64,000 nt of DNA from an uncultured Bacilli bacterium (GCA_934098395.1 CAKOOM010000001.1:340896-404895), one strand, 5' to 3'; positions 29,855-39,762 are shown, counted from the stretch's first letter. Numbers and translations are program-made. Notes: generated by a model not told the origin, from the sequence alone.

Positions 29855-30569
29855 AGTATTAGAAAGTGGAATTTGTGAAGTAACACAAGAATATAAAGGA
29901 GCACAGCATGGCGGGATTGATGTTGTAAATAAAGGTTATACATTAGGAAATATTGTAGCACATACTGAAGGGCAAGTTGTTGAAGTAAGAAATAATTGTA
30001 ATTCTTTTGAGCCTAACGGAAGTTATGGTAATTATGTTAAAATTAAACATGATAATGGATACTATACTTTATACGCACACATGGCATATAACACTGTAAA
30101 AGTATCTAAAGGTCAAAGAGTATCTAAAGGACAATTACTTGGATACATGGGTGCTACAGGTACTGCTTATGGCGGTCATTTGCACTTTGAAGTAAGAAAT
30201 GAAAACAATATAAGAATTAATCCTACCGAGTATTTGGAAAAAGATTTATTTACAAAAAAAGTTAATAAATCAGTAGATGAATTGGCTAAAGAAGTTATAG
30301 CTGGTAAATACGGTAATGGTGAAGAAAGAAAAAAAACTTTAGGAGATAGATATAGTGAGGTACAAGCAAGAGTTAATGAAATCCTAACACCAGCACAAAA
30401 AACAAGTGTGAATATATTAGATTTAGTAAAAAAGACTATTAGAGGAGACTTCGGTAATGGTGATGCAAGAAAGAATGCTCTAGGTTCTAACTATGCTGAG
30501 GTTCAAAGACAAGTGAATCTTAATTTCCAAAATGGAACTACAAGCTGGGATAATATAAGATTATATTAA
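29844..30569 (+). CDS. endolysin: M23 peptidase domain plus two CW_7 (Cpl-7-like) cell-wall-binding repeats
   Basis: M23 motifs HGGIDV ... HLHFEV; two GNG..R+..LG..Y.EVQ..VN repeats. Confidence 0.8.
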   Translation: MKCRVLESGICEVTQEYKGAQHGGIDVVNKGYTLGNIVAHTEGQVVEVRNNCNSFEPNGSYGNYVKIKHDNGYYTLYAHMAYNTVKVSKGQRVSKGQLLGYMGATGTAYGGHLHFEVRNENNIRINPTEYLEKDLFTKKVNKSVDELAKEVIAGKYGNGEERKKTLGDRYSEVQARVNEILTPAQKTSVNILDLVKKTIRGDFGNGDARKNALGSNYAEVQRQVNLNFQNGTTSWDNIRLY

Positions 30570-30572
30570 ATT

Positions 30573-30602
30573 GAAGTAGGCTAAGTGTCTACTTCTTTTT
30601 TT
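30573..30602 (+). terminator. rho-independent terminator after the endolysin
   Basis: GAAGTAG-GCTAAGTGT-CTACTTC followed by T7. Confidence 0.7.
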
Positions 30603-30611
30603 ATGTTAAAT

Positions 30612-30640
30612 TTGCACTTTTCTTTATTATATGCTATAAT
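30612..30640 (+). promoter_or_regulatory. sigma-A-type promoter TTGCAC-N17-TGcTATAAT
   Basis: Consensus -35/-10 with extended TG; drives the small ORF 30665-30772. Confidence 0.5.
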
Positions 30641-30664
30641 ACAAAACCAACAAAGGGGAATATT

Positions 30665-30772
30665 ATGGATGAAAAAATTATAAAAGGTCCACTACCATTT
30701 GTTGGCTTTCCAGAAACAAAGGAGGGAGAGACTCCAGAAGGATGGACTAAAGTAGAAACGAAAGAGGAGTAA
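30665..30772 (+). CDS. 35-aa acidic mini-ORF (moron-like)
   Basis: AAAGGGGAA RBS; own promoter and terminator. Confidence 0.3.
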   Translation: MDEKIIKGPLPFVGFPETKEGETPEGWTKVETKEE

Positions 30773-30790
30773 TACCTCTTCTTTTACTTT
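30762..30790. terminator. bidirectional terminator hairpin between convergent genes
   Basis: AAGAGG-AGTAATA-CCTCTT with T-runs on both strands. Confidence 0.45.
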
Positions 30791-31317
30791 AAATAATTTC
30801 TTCTAAATACCTTAATAAATTCTTCTCTAGAACCAATAAACTCTTCCCAGTATAATTGACCTTGTTTATGCCAATAATCGTTAAATTGGCTATTTTCTTG
30901 CTCTCTAGAATGGCAATTTAAACACATTCTCAAACATAGACCATTTTTCATAGAATTTTGTCTATTCTTTCCAGCATAGATTTCATGCCACGTTAGTTTA
31001 TAGGTGCTACCACATAGGTAGCATTTTTTAGTATCATTGCTGAATACACTATATCTATTTCTTTCTAATTTTGTCAATTTTTTCGATTTATTGTGCATTT
31101 TTGTTTTTTTGAGAACACTTTTTCCCAATGATTGTGCATTTTTTCTCATTTGACTGTTATTTGATTGTCCGGTTAAGGCTGGACTTTTCCACTTATAATC
31201 GGATTTTTTATATTCCTTATTATTACATTCCTTACAATATGAAAATGAAATTTCTTTCCTTATTATATAGCAGTATGGTTTTGACTTCCTTTTTCTTAAA
31301 TATTTGCAATAGTTCAT
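30784..31317 (-). CDS. zinc-ribbon plus HNH-like nuclease domain protein (start moved to the ATG with AAAGGAGG RBS; ORF track lists 31359)
   Basis: N-terminal four-Cys cluster; C-terminal CYLCGSTYKLTWHEIYAGKNRQN...LCLRMCLNCH fits the HNH pattern. Confidence 0.45.
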   Translation of the reverse strand: MNYCKYLRKRKSKPYCYIIRKEISFSYCKECNNKEYKKSDYKWKSPALTGQSNNSQMRKNAQSLGKSVLKKTKMHNKSKKLTKLERNRYSVFSNDTKKCYLCGSTYKLTWHEIYAGKNRQNSMKNGLCLRMCLNCHSREQENSQFNDYWHKQGQLYWEEFIGSREEFIKVFRRNYLK

Positions 31318-31443
31318 ATAAGCCTCCTTTGATGTCCCTTTTGTAATACGAACCGCCATACTGAGTAACGAGATATTTAGCCATTCTTAAATCTTTTTTC
31401 TTAATATTTACGGGGTATTGTAAAGTTTTTACGTATTTCCACA

Positions 31444-31887
31444 TTATTTTGTTCCCTCCCAAGGCCAAGGTGATTGTAACCAAGACCAGCTATTATTATT
31501 TGATGGGTCATCTAGAGTTAGAGGACCAAAATTTTTAGTGTATTCAAAGCAAGCTCTCTTTTTTTCTTCTAGATATTGGTTGTATAGATTTATCATGTTT
31601 CTATCTTTTGGATAAATGTCTAGATATAAGTTTAGTTCTGTTAGAACAAAATCATATCTTAGTACATTAAGTAATAGTTCTTCTCTTTTGTTAGTAGCTG
31701 TTAAATTATTATATTTATAGTTTTTATATGGATCATAGAGATTATTAAAGAGATTTCCTCGATCAAGGGCTAAATTAATAGTAGCTAATTGATTAGAGGC
31801 CATATTATTTGAATAAAAAGTATCATTAAATTCTTTATACCAGTTTTCTGGTATGTCATAAAAGTTATTGTTCATTATTCCTCCCAT
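31444..31887 (-). CDS. cotJB: fused CotJA-like / CotJB spore-coat protein homolog
   Basis: C-terminal ~90 aa (YDFVLTELNLYLDIYP...FGPLT...WLQSPWPWE) match B. subtilis CotJB as recalled. N-terminal LALDRGNLFNNLYDPY resembles the CotJA GTLWP..Y.PY motif. Confidence 0.6.
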   Translation of the reverse strand: MGGIMNNNFYDIPENWYKEFNDTFYSNNMASNQLATINLALDRGNLFNNLYDPYKNYKYNNLTATNKREELLLNVLRYDFVLTELNLYLDIYPKDRNMINLYNQYLEEKKRACFEYTKNFGPLTLDDPSNNNSWSWLQSPWPWEGTK

Positions 31888-31928
31888 ATTAATCTATGAT
31901 AATTGCATATATGTGTATAGATTAGTGC

Positions 31929-32126
31929 CTATAACATATATAGGGAAGTATCTGGTTCTTTGTAAGTATCGTTGTTTTTTTCATTTTCTAATCGTGATAT
32001 TCTTAATTCTAGTTTTTTTAGACGATTAGATATATCATTTAATTCTCTAGCAATGTCTGGCATCATAGGGTTATACATCATAGGCATTGGGTTATTATTT
32101 ATGGGAGTATTATCAAAAAAATTCAT
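31929..32126 (-). CDS. hypothetical Pro/Met-rich small protein
   Basis: ORF track; A-ending codon preference like the phage genes. Confidence 0.35.
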   Translation of the reverse strand: MNFFDNTPINNNPMPMMYNPMMPDIARELNDISNRLKKLELRISRLENEKNNDTYKEPDTSLYML

Positions 32127-32208
32127 AAGATCACATCCATAGTATTATATTCAAAATAATTATTTTGGTTATTGACATGATATATTTAATTTGCTATCAT
32201 ATGCTTAA

Positions 32209-33777
32209 TTGGAGGGATATGGAATGAATGAGGAATTGAGTTTTCTTTCTTTGGTTGATAAAAATATTTTATTTAATAGTAAACTATCTGAATCTGAGGA
32301 AAAGATTATAGAGATGCTTTTTTCTAATAAAAAAGAGATGGGTGATTTATCTAGTCAAGAATTAATGGATATATCTGAATTAATAAGATTATGTGGTATA
32401 TATAAAGGATTTCTTGTTTTAATTTACGAGATAAATGATTTAATATGGGATAAGGAAAAGATTAATTTATGTGTTAAGAAGAGTAATGCTGCGATAAAAT
32501 GTTTTGTTGAAATTATTAATAATCCTAGATGTCAAGTATTTTTTGATAAGATAAATGATGATAATGATAGGTTTGTTAAAGTTCTGGATTTGGTTATTAG
32601 TAGAGAGTTAGCAATTGATGATAATAGTAGTTTAATAAATACGATAAATACGGAATCAGAAACATTATCTTGTATGATGGGAAAATATTTAAAAGAAATA
32701 ATAAATAATATGGATGATAAGTCTGAAAATTATATTAATATAAAGAAAAAGATTAATGCAATGAGTGATTTATCTGTATTTGATATAAATATTTATAGGT
32801 TATCTTTGTTTATGGATAATAGTAGTGAATACTACGAAAAGTATGAAGAGATTTTTAATAGATATGTATCAACGCTTAATAATAATATTAAAGATATTAA
32901 GAATTTTGGCTTAGAGATAAATGAATATAAGACTAAGATAATGAATGTTATGAGTACATATTTAGATGCTAAGAAAAAGAGACGTTTATATAATAGTGCA
33001 CCAATTGTTTTAACTGGTATTTCTTTAGTAGCAACAATATGTGCATTAAATTCTAATTATCAAAAAGTTACTACGGAGAGTTTTGTTAATAATAATTATG
33101 AGATAAGTGAGGTATATGTTCCTGATGATAGTAATGTGTATAATGGAATATATGTTGATGTATATGGCGATGTTGTAGATATAGTTGTTAATAATAAGGT
33201 TGATCAGGGAGTTGTTGTTAATAGATATGATGCAAGTGGTATGGGGATAGATGATATATATGATTATGAAAAAATAGATATGAATAAACTAAATAAGCTT
33301 GTTTCTACGTTGATAGTGAATGTTCCTGATAATGATGAATGGAAAGAAGAACTTGTAAGAATTTCTAAGATAACTAGTGAAGAGGTGACTAGCTTTGAGA
33401 AAGAGACTGGTCAATATATATTTATTATTATATATTTTAGTGTTATATATTATTTGATCTTTGCTTTACTAAATAAACAATTATTTGGTAAAAAGATTGA
33501 TAGTTATGTAGATGTAATTAAAAATATGGATAATGATATAGATAAATGTATTTCTTTGATTGAGTTACTAGGAAATGAGATTAATGATAATAATAAACTT
33601 ATGGAAAATTTTAAAGAATTTTATATAAATAAAGATTATATATTTAATGATATAGATAAATATAAGAATGAATATTGTGAAATAAGAAAATGGTTTGATT
33701 TTGAACAATCATTTGATTATGTTGATTATAATTATTTTATTAATAGGGTTAAGAAAAGGACTAAATATAAGAAATAG
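32209..33777 (+). CDS. hypothetical membrane protein (two transmembrane segments)
   Basis: GGAGGG RBS; host-like codon usage. Confidence 0.5.
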   Translation: MEGYGMNEELSFLSLVDKNILFNSKLSESEEKIIEMLFSNKKEMGDLSSQELMDISELIRLCGIYKGFLVLIYEINDLIWDKEKINLCVKKSNAAIKCFVEIINNPRCQVFFDKINDDNDRFVKVLDLVISRELAIDDNSSLINTINTESETLSCMMGKYLKEIINNMDDKSENYINIKKKINAMSDLSVFDINIYRLSLFMDNSSEYYEKYEEIFNRYVSTLNNNIKDIKNFGLEINEYKTKIMNVMSTYLDAKKKRRLYNSAPIVLTGISLVATICALNSNYQKVTTESFVNNNYEISEVYVPDDSNVYNGIYVDVYGDVVDIVVNNKVDQGVVVNRYDASGMGIDDIYDYEKIDMNKLNKLVSTLIVNVPDNDEWKEELVRISKITSEEVTSFEKETGQYIFIIIYFSVIYYLIFALLNKQLFGKKIDSYVDVIKNMDNDIDKCISLIELLGNEINDNNKLMENFKEFYINKDYIFNDIDKYKNEYCEIRKWFDFEQSFDYVDYNYFINRVKKRTKYKK

Positions 33778-33830
33778 TCTTTTTCTTTACAAAGATATAT
33801 TAATATGTTAACATACTTAATATGGAGGTA

Positions 33831-34460
33831 ATGATGAGACTTAAGAATGTTAAAGGAGCTAATGAAATAATTGTTTTAGGAAAGTATTATGTGTTAGATC
33901 CAAAGGAGAACAAGGGTAAGTGGAAGAGTGTTTTTGGTAATGATAATCCAATATATATAGAAATAGGTATGGGAAAAGGCGATTTTATTATTGAAAATGC
34001 TAAGAGGTATAAAAATATAAATTTTATAGGAATAGAAAAATATGATAGTGTTATAGTTAGAGCTATTCAAAAGTCTAATGAATTAGAACTTGATAACTTG
34101 AGAATAGTTAGGATGGATGCGAAGGATATAAATTTAGTTTTTGATAAAGAGATAGATTTAATTTATTTAAATTTTTCTGATCCATGGCCTAAAGATAGGC
34201 ATGCAAAGAGAAGATTAACTAGTCCTAATTTTCTTAGATTATATGATGATATATTTAGGGATAAGTGTCATATTATAATGAAGACTGATAATGTATTGTT
34301 GTTTGATTATTCATTAGATAGTTTGACTAATTATGGATATGAAATTAAGTATATGACAAGAAATCTTGATTGTTTAAATGAGGATAATATTATGACGGAA
34401 TATGAAAGTAAATTTTATAATAAAGGAGTAAAAATTAATAAATTAGAGGGAATTAAATAA
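33831..34460 (+). CDS. trmB: tRNA (guanine-N7)-methyltransferase
   Basis: IEIGMGKGDF SAM motif; DPWPK...HAKRR. Confidence 0.8.
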   Translation: MMRLKNVKGANEIIVLGKYYVLDPKENKGKWKSVFGNDNPIYIEIGMGKGDFIIENAKRYKNINFIGIEKYDSVIVRAIQKSNELELDNLRIVRMDAKDINLVFDKEIDLIYLNFSDPWPKDRHAKRRLTSPNFLRLYDDIFRDKCHIIMKTDNVLLFDYSLDSLTNYGYEIKYMTRNLDCLNEDNIMTEYESKFYNKGVKINKLEGIK

Positions 34461-34528
34461 ATTGCTTGAATTTTACTTTTAATTATGATAAAATTATGTT
34501 AGTTATAGAATAGAGGAGGTATTTTGTT

Positions 34529-34906
34529 ATGGCCTTTAGAAACAAGATTAAAGAGATAATTTCAGATGAAGATACGAATGAAGATTCATATTATACTGCT
34601 GATAGTGTAGCGGTACCTACAGGAACTGGTAAGATGATTTTACTTGAACCAAGAGCTTTTTCTGAGAGTCAGCAAATTGCTGATCATTTGAAGAAAAGAA
34701 ATACAGTAGTTGTTAATATGAAGAGAGTAACAGCAGAGCAAGCTAAGAGAATTATCGATTTTTTAAGTGGTACAGTATATGCAATTGGCGGAGACTTACA
34801 AAAAATAGGAGTAGGTATATTTTTGTGTACTCCGAAGAATGTTAATGTTGAGGGATCAATATCAGATGAAGATGGCAATAAGAAACAAGAAAATATAGAT
34901 TTATAA
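34529..34906 (+). CDS. sepF: cell division protein SepF
   Basis: DUF552 core: [33 protein letters not shown]...[23 protein letters not shown]. Confidence 0.75.
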   Translation: MAFRNKIKEIISDEDTNEDSYYTADSVAVPTGTGKMILLEPRAFSESQQIADHLKKRNTVVVNMKRVTAEQAKRIIDFLSGTVYAIGGDLQKIGVGIFLCTPKNVNVEGSISDEDGNKKQENIDL

Positions 34907-34916
34907 TGGTGATATT

Positions 34917-35351
34917 ATGAAGAGATTTAGTATAGTAGATCGTGGATATGATATTGATGAAGTTAATAGATTTATTGATATTGTAATTGGTAGATTAGAA
35001 AAACTTAATACAGAGAATGCGACGTATGCTGCTAAAATAGATAAGTTAAATCAAAAATTGAAAACAAATAGTGTTAGTGATACGGTAAAATTAGAAAAAG
35101 CTATTTTAGCGGTCCAAGAAACTGCTGATAAGATGAAAGAAGTTTCAAGAGAAGAAGCTAGAATAATAGTTGAAGAAGCTAAGAATAATGCTAATTCAAT
35201 ATTACATGAGGCTTTAGTTAAAGCTGAAAAAACTGAAAATGAGAGAATGATATTAGAAAAGAATATTAGGGTATATAAGGAAAGAGTAAGATCTTTATTA
35301 GAAGCTCAGTTGTTAGTATTAGATGATATAGATAAGGTTGAGCTTGATTAG
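34917..35351 (+). CDS. DivIVA-domain protein
   Basis: N-terminal F..RGYD.DEV..F motif followed by coiled coil. Confidence 0.7.
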   Translation: MKRFSIVDRGYDIDEVNRFIDIVIGRLEKLNTENATYAAKIDKLNQKLKTNSVSDTVKLEKAILAVQETADKMKEVSREEARIIVEEAKNNANSILHEALVKAEKTENERMILEKNIRVYKERVRSLLEAQLLVLDDIDKVELD

Positions 35352-35360
35352 GAGGACTGT

Positions 35361-37664
35361 ATGAATATAGAAACGGTTAAACAAGAATACATGATAATGT
35401 ATGATTCTCTTAAAAGAAAGATAGAAGATGAACTAAAAAAGTTTACATATTCTACTTTTTTTGTTGATAGTCAATCATTTGGTATTGTAGATAATATTAT
35501 TAAAACAGATGTTAGTGCATTATTTGAAAGATCTAAGATAATAAGTGCGAGTAATGATGATGATAAAAATACATATAGAGAAAATGATTCTAGAATTAAA
35601 GATATGATAGCTAATTTAAAATCTTTAATGATTAATAATTATAATGCTAGATTATATTATATTAGACAGATTAGAGATGAAGCACTAAATGAAGTTTCTA
35701 GTGATGTAGAACTTACAGCACGTATTAGAGATATTAATATTCCGGACAATGTTAATAGTAATGGGATTAATTATAGAACTAATATTAGTAAAAGAGTAGG
35801 TACTTTTATTGATAGTGAGGCAATACTTAATAATATTTTTGATATACAACAAGAGTATAATGAAAAAGTACATAAGTTAGAGGAAGAAAAGCGTCAAGAA
35901 GAAGATAGAAAAAATAATATTAGATTATCGATAATAAGTGATATTGCAACTTTCGAAGATATCGTTAATGACTTTGAAAATGGTGTTAAAACAAGTCTTT
36001 TAATGAGTGAAATAAGGGATGAATATAATAGAATAACTGACTTTGGTAAAGTTGCAATGAAAAAAGTTAATGACGCAAAGAATGAGGGCATTTTAAATGA
36101 AACTGAATGGAATAATTATTATCATAAGTTAGCAGCAGACGATGATAGATTATATCGAATTAAAAATAGTATTCCTATGAATATGGATGATATTCATGAT
36201 AAGAAAATTTCTGAATATAAGGAGTTAAAATATGATTTATATATGCTTGATGGAGAAATATTAAATTATATTGACACAGTTATGGGAATGTTTGATGAGG
36301 ATGATGCAGATCTTGAAATGTTCATAGAAGATTATATGGATATGTTTAAGAGCCTTGAAGAAATTAAGCGTGATGTTGAGAAAAAATATAAAGAAAAAAT
36401 AATTGATAAGCAATTATATGATAATTTAATTAATTATTATTCTAAGTGTATCGGACATCTTGATGAACTTGGAAATAAAATTAAAAAGATAGATGATAAG
36501 AAAATAGATGAGATAGTAGTCAAAGAACTAAAAATAGATTCGAGTAAAAATATTAAGGCTTTAGAGGAAATGGTTAAACATTTTGAAGATTTAATTAATA
36601 ATGATTTTTGGGATGCTTGGAAAAGAAAAAGAATTGATGATTTATTTAAATATTATGACAATAAAGTTCAAGAAGTATATGGAATGATTAATGTTAATGA
36701 TGAAAAAAATGCAGAATTAATTAGTAGATTAGATGTGTTAAAAGCTAAATTAGACCAATTACATAATCATGAAAATATAATAAAATATCAAAATACAAAA
36801 ATAGATAATTTAAAGATATCAGAAACTAATAAAAAGAATTTTTCAGAATTTAAGGTGAAAGCTGTTAAGTCAGCAAAAGATTTTTATAAAAAACATAAAG
36901 ATGTGCCATTAAATGTATTAGGACTTATAAAGTTATCGTTTAAACATCCGACAATTGTACCAGCTTTAGTACATGGAATGATTGTGGAAAAATTACCGGT
37001 TAGAGATAAGCTTATTGAAATGTTTCCTGATAAATTTAGAAAAGATGGCGATAAAGTATATATGGCTAATGGAATGGAAGTTAACTCAAAAACAGCCGTA
37101 TCTTCAATGTTAAAGGCAATAGCTGATAGTGATGTTAGTAATCCGAAAATAGTAACAAATATGGTACAGGGTGTTAGAAATGTTATAGGTAAAGTAAAGA
37201 AAATGACTGAAAAAGTTAATGAAAATTTAAAAGCGGTATTTACCAATGAGGAAAGTAATGAATACTCTGATTATATTAGAAAATTAGCAAGTCAATATTT
37301 ACTTACTGATATGGATTTAGAGGAGTTTTGTAATAAAAATAATATTTCTAAAGAAGATAAATATAATTTAGGAAGCTTTATAGATGAAAAATATTATTGG
37401 GATTTAGCAAAAGAATATATTAATGGTGATGAAACTGATTACGCAAAATTTGTGGATGAAAAGCATTTAACACAAGAAGATAGTAGTCATGTTGTTGAAA
37501 TAATAGATCAAATTTACTACAACAATTTGATTGGTGAATATACAAATTCTGGAATGAGTTTTGATGAATTTTGCGAAGAAAAAGCTAAGAGTAGTAGTAG
37601 ATTTTCTAAGGAACAATTTGCTAATTTGTTAGATACTAAGACAAGAACTAGAGGTGCTAGATAA
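35361..37664 (+). CDS. large hypothetical coiled-coil protein (767 aa)
   Basis: ORF track; AGGAGG RBS; no recognisable catalytic motif. Confidence 0.5.
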   Translation: MNIETVKQEYMIMYDSLKRKIEDELKKFTYSTFFVDSQSFGIVDNIIKTDVSALFERSKIISASNDDDKNTYRENDSRIKDMIANLKSLMINNYNARLYYIRQIRDEALNEVSSDVELTARIRDINIPDNVNSNGINYRTNISKRVGTFIDSEAILNNIFDIQQEYNEKVHKLEEEKRQEEDRKNNIRLSIISDIATFEDIVNDFENGVKTSLLMSEIRDEYNRITDFGKVAMKKVNDAKNEGILNETEWNNYYHKLAADDDRLYRIKNSIPMNMDDIHDKKISEYKELKYDLYMLDGEILNYIDTVMGMFDEDDADLEMFIEDYMDMFKSLEEIKRDVEKKYKEKIIDKQLYDNLINYYSKCIGHLDELGNKIKKIDDKKIDEIVVKELKIDSSKNIKALEEMVKHFEDLINNDFWDAWKRKRIDDLFKYYDNKVQEVYGMINVNDEKNAELISRLDVLKAKLDQLHNHENIIKYQNTKIDNLKISETNKKNFSEFKVKAVKSAKDFYKKHKDVPLNVLGLIKLSFKHPTIVPALVHGMIVEKLPVRDKLIEMFPDKFRKDGDKVYMANGMEVNSKTAVSSMLKAIADSDVSNPKIVTNMVQGVRNVIGKVKKMTEKVNENLKAVFTNEESNEYSDYIRKLASQYLLTDMDLEEFCNKNNISKEDKYNLGSFIDEKYYWDLAKEYINGDETDYAKFVDEKHLTQEDSSHVVEIIDQIYYNNLIGEYTNSGMSFDEFCEEKAKSSSRFSKEQFANLLDTKTRTRGAR

Positions 37665-37927
37665 TGGTTGATAAAATAGTAGAATTAGAAAATGATAATA
37701 AATATTTAATTCTAGATTCTAAAGAATTAGATTTGATTAATTATTATTATGCATTATTACTTGATGAGAACGATAATCCTACACAAGAATATTTGTTTTT
37801 TAAGGAAGAGAAAAATGGTGATGATGTATATTTATTACCTGTTAGCGATAAGTTATTAGAAAAGACTTTAATTACAGCATTTTCAATAAATTATGTTGAT
37901 AAGGCATATGATAATGCTAATTACTAA
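37664..37927 (+). CDS. hypothetical protein
   Basis: ATGG overlap, translationally coupled to the upstream gene. Confidence 0.4.
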   Translation: MVDKIVELENDNKYLILDSKELDLINYYYALLLDENDNPTQEYLFFKEEKNGDDVYLLPVSDKLLEKTLITAFSINYVDKAYDNANY

Positions 37928-37937
37928 AAAATAACAA

Positions 37938-37975
37938 TAAACAGACTAAGATTTACTTTTAGTCTGTTTTTATGT
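37938..37975 (+). terminator. rho-independent terminator
   Basis: AAACAGACTAA...TTAGTCTGTTT followed by T-run. Confidence 0.7.
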
Positions 37976-37999
37976 ATAATATTGTTGTGAGGTGAGAAA

Positions 38000-38740
38000 A
38001 TGCGCTATTTTATGACATTTTCATATGATGGAAGTGATTTTCAAGGTTATCAAAAACAACCTAGACAAAGAACTATACAAAAGGAATTGGAGGATGCTTT
38101 AAAACAGATAAATGGTGGAGAAGCGGTTAGTGTTTGTGCATCAGGTAGAACTGATGCAGGAGTACATGCCTTAAATCAAAAAGCTCATTTTGATATGAAG
38201 GTAAAAATAACTTGTGATAAACTACTTAAAGGGTTAAATAGTTTGTTACCGGAGGATATTTATGTAAAAAAGATAGATGAAGTAGCAGATGATTTTCATG
38301 CGAGATTTAATGCAATTGGTAAAGAATATGTTTATAAGATTAATATGGGTGAATATTCTCCAATAGAAAGAAAGTATTGTTATCAATATAATAAAAATCT
38401 TGATGTTGTAGCTATTGAGAGGGGACTTAAATATTTTGAAGGAGAACATAATTTTAAATCTTTTACAAAGGCAAATGATGAAATAGAAGATTATGTTAGA
38501 ACTATTAGTCAAACTTCAATAATTAGAGATCCGAAAGATATTAATAAATTAATAATAACTTTTGTTGGTACAGGATTTATGAGATATATGGTTAGAAATA
38601 TGATTGGTTTTTTAATTGAAGTTGGTGAAGGAAAAAGAAAGCCAGAAGAAATAATAAATATTCTTAAAAAGGAAGATAGGACTTTAGCAGGTAAAACTGC
38701 TCCAGCATGTGGTTTATACTTAAGGAATGTTTTTTATTAG
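38000..38740 (+). CDS. truA: tRNA pseudouridine(38-40) synthase
   Basis: FSYDGSDFQGYQ, GRTDAGVHAL catalytic Asp motif. Confidence 0.85.
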   Translation: MRYFMTFSYDGSDFQGYQKQPRQRTIQKELEDALKQINGGEAVSVCASGRTDAGVHALNQKAHFDMKVKITCDKLLKGLNSLLPEDIYVKKIDEVADDFHARFNAIGKEYVYKINMGEYSPIERKYCYQYNKNLDVVAIERGLKYFEGEHNFKSFTKANDEIEDYVRTISQTSIIRDPKDINKLIITFVGTGFMRYMVRNMIGFLIEVGEGKRKPEEIINILKKEDRTLAGKTAPACGLYLRNVFY

Positions 38741-38791
38741 GGTTGATTTATTTGTAAAAAAAGTGTAGAATATTTGTTAGGAGGTAAGATT

Positions 38792-39268
38792 ATGAAAAAG
38801 AGTGATATTATCCTTATAGGAATAGTATTAGTTATAGTTGTGGTAGCAATATTTGCTTCGAAAGGAACAAGTGCCCTTGAAGATATTGATTTTCCACTTG
38901 AATTAGAAGGAGAAAAAGGACTTAATCAAATAACATATTCTGAATATAAAGAAATGGTTGATAATGATAAAGCATTTATTGTTATTATAGAAAGAGCAGG
39001 ATGTAGTTATTGTCAAATGTATATGCCACTTGTAGAAGAAGTAGCTAAGGAGAAAAAAGTAGCTATTACTTATATAGATACGGATACGCTTAGTGAGGAA
39101 GAAGCTAATGAACTTTCTACGACAAATGCATATTTAAAGAAAAATGATTGGGGTACTCCGACAACATTATTTATGTTAGGAGATAGAGTGGTTGACTCAA
39201 TAGGTGGATATGTAGAGAAGGAAACATTCGAGAAATTTATTGCTGATAGAGTAGTAATGGGTGAATAG
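38792..39268 (+). CDS. membrane-anchored thioredoxin-fold protein (CSYC motif)
   Basis: N-terminal transmembrane segment; CxxC motif. Confidence 0.55.
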   Translation: MKKSDIILIGIVLVIVVVAIFASKGTSALEDIDFPLELEGEKGLNQITYSEYKEMVDNDKAFIVIIERAGCSYCQMYMPLVEEVAKEKKVAITYIDTDTLSEEEANELSTTNAYLKKNDWGTPTTLFMLGDRVVDSIGGYVEKETFEKFIADRVVMGE

Positions 39269-39707
39269 AATGAATAATTGTTATAGCTATTTAAAAAAGT
39301 TTATGAGTAAATATCCACTTACTGTAGCGTGGAGAATTAAGGCTCATAGTAAAATTATTGATAAGCATTTAAATGAAGGAGAAGAAATATTATATGCTTT
39401 TGTAGGACAAAAGAATGATAGATCAGTTGATATATTTAATACTTATGCAGTAGTTTTAACTAATAAAAGAATAATGGTAGCTACGAAGAGAGTAGTTTTT
39501 GGTTATTTTCTTAAATCTATTACTCCAGATATGTATAATGACTTAACAATAGGTAAAGGTATTATATGGGGAAGAGTAGTAATAGATACGATAAAGGAAG
39601 TAATAACTATTACTAATATAGATGCAAGAGCATTAGATGAAGTAGAAACTAATATTACTGAAATAATGATTAAAGCAAAGAAAGAATATGAAGAAAAGAA
39701 AGATTAA
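39261..39707 (+). CDS. bacterial PH-domain (YdbT/YokE-like) protein
   Basis: beta-rich core YAFVGQK...VVLTNKRIMVA. Confidence 0.4.
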   Translation: MNRMNNCYSYLKKFMSKYPLTVAWRIKAHSKIIDKHLNEGEEILYAFVGQKNDRSVDIFNTYAVVLTNKRIMVATKRVVFGYFLKSITPDMYNDLTIGKGIIWGRVVIDTIKEVITITNIDARALDEVETNITEIMIKAKKEYEEKKD

Positions 39708-39762
39708 TGTTTAAATATCTTTCTTTTTTTATGTCTTTTTTTATTTTTTTTCATATCTTATA

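Larger units (their letters stand above)
1..32200 (+). mobile_element. Prophage / temperate phage genome, right ~30 kb (left end outside window; right boundary uncertain, 30605-32208)
   Basis: Co-directional phage modules in canonical order: recT/ssb, small early ORFs, late regulator, HNH-terS-terL, portal, scaffold, capsid, virion proteins, holin, endolysin. The three minus-strand genes at 30784-32126 have the A-ending codon preference seen in the phage genes; flanking host genes prefer G-ending purine codons (AAG/GAG/AGG). This is a qualitative reading, not a count. Confidence 0.8.

Noticed and set aside
31128-31483. ORFs 31128-31346 (+) and 31232-31483 (-)
   Set aside because: They overlap the HNH-like gene and its leader in other frames. 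The HNH-like gene has a near-perfect AAAGGAGG-N6-ATG at 31317, so its start was moved there and these were treated as spurious.
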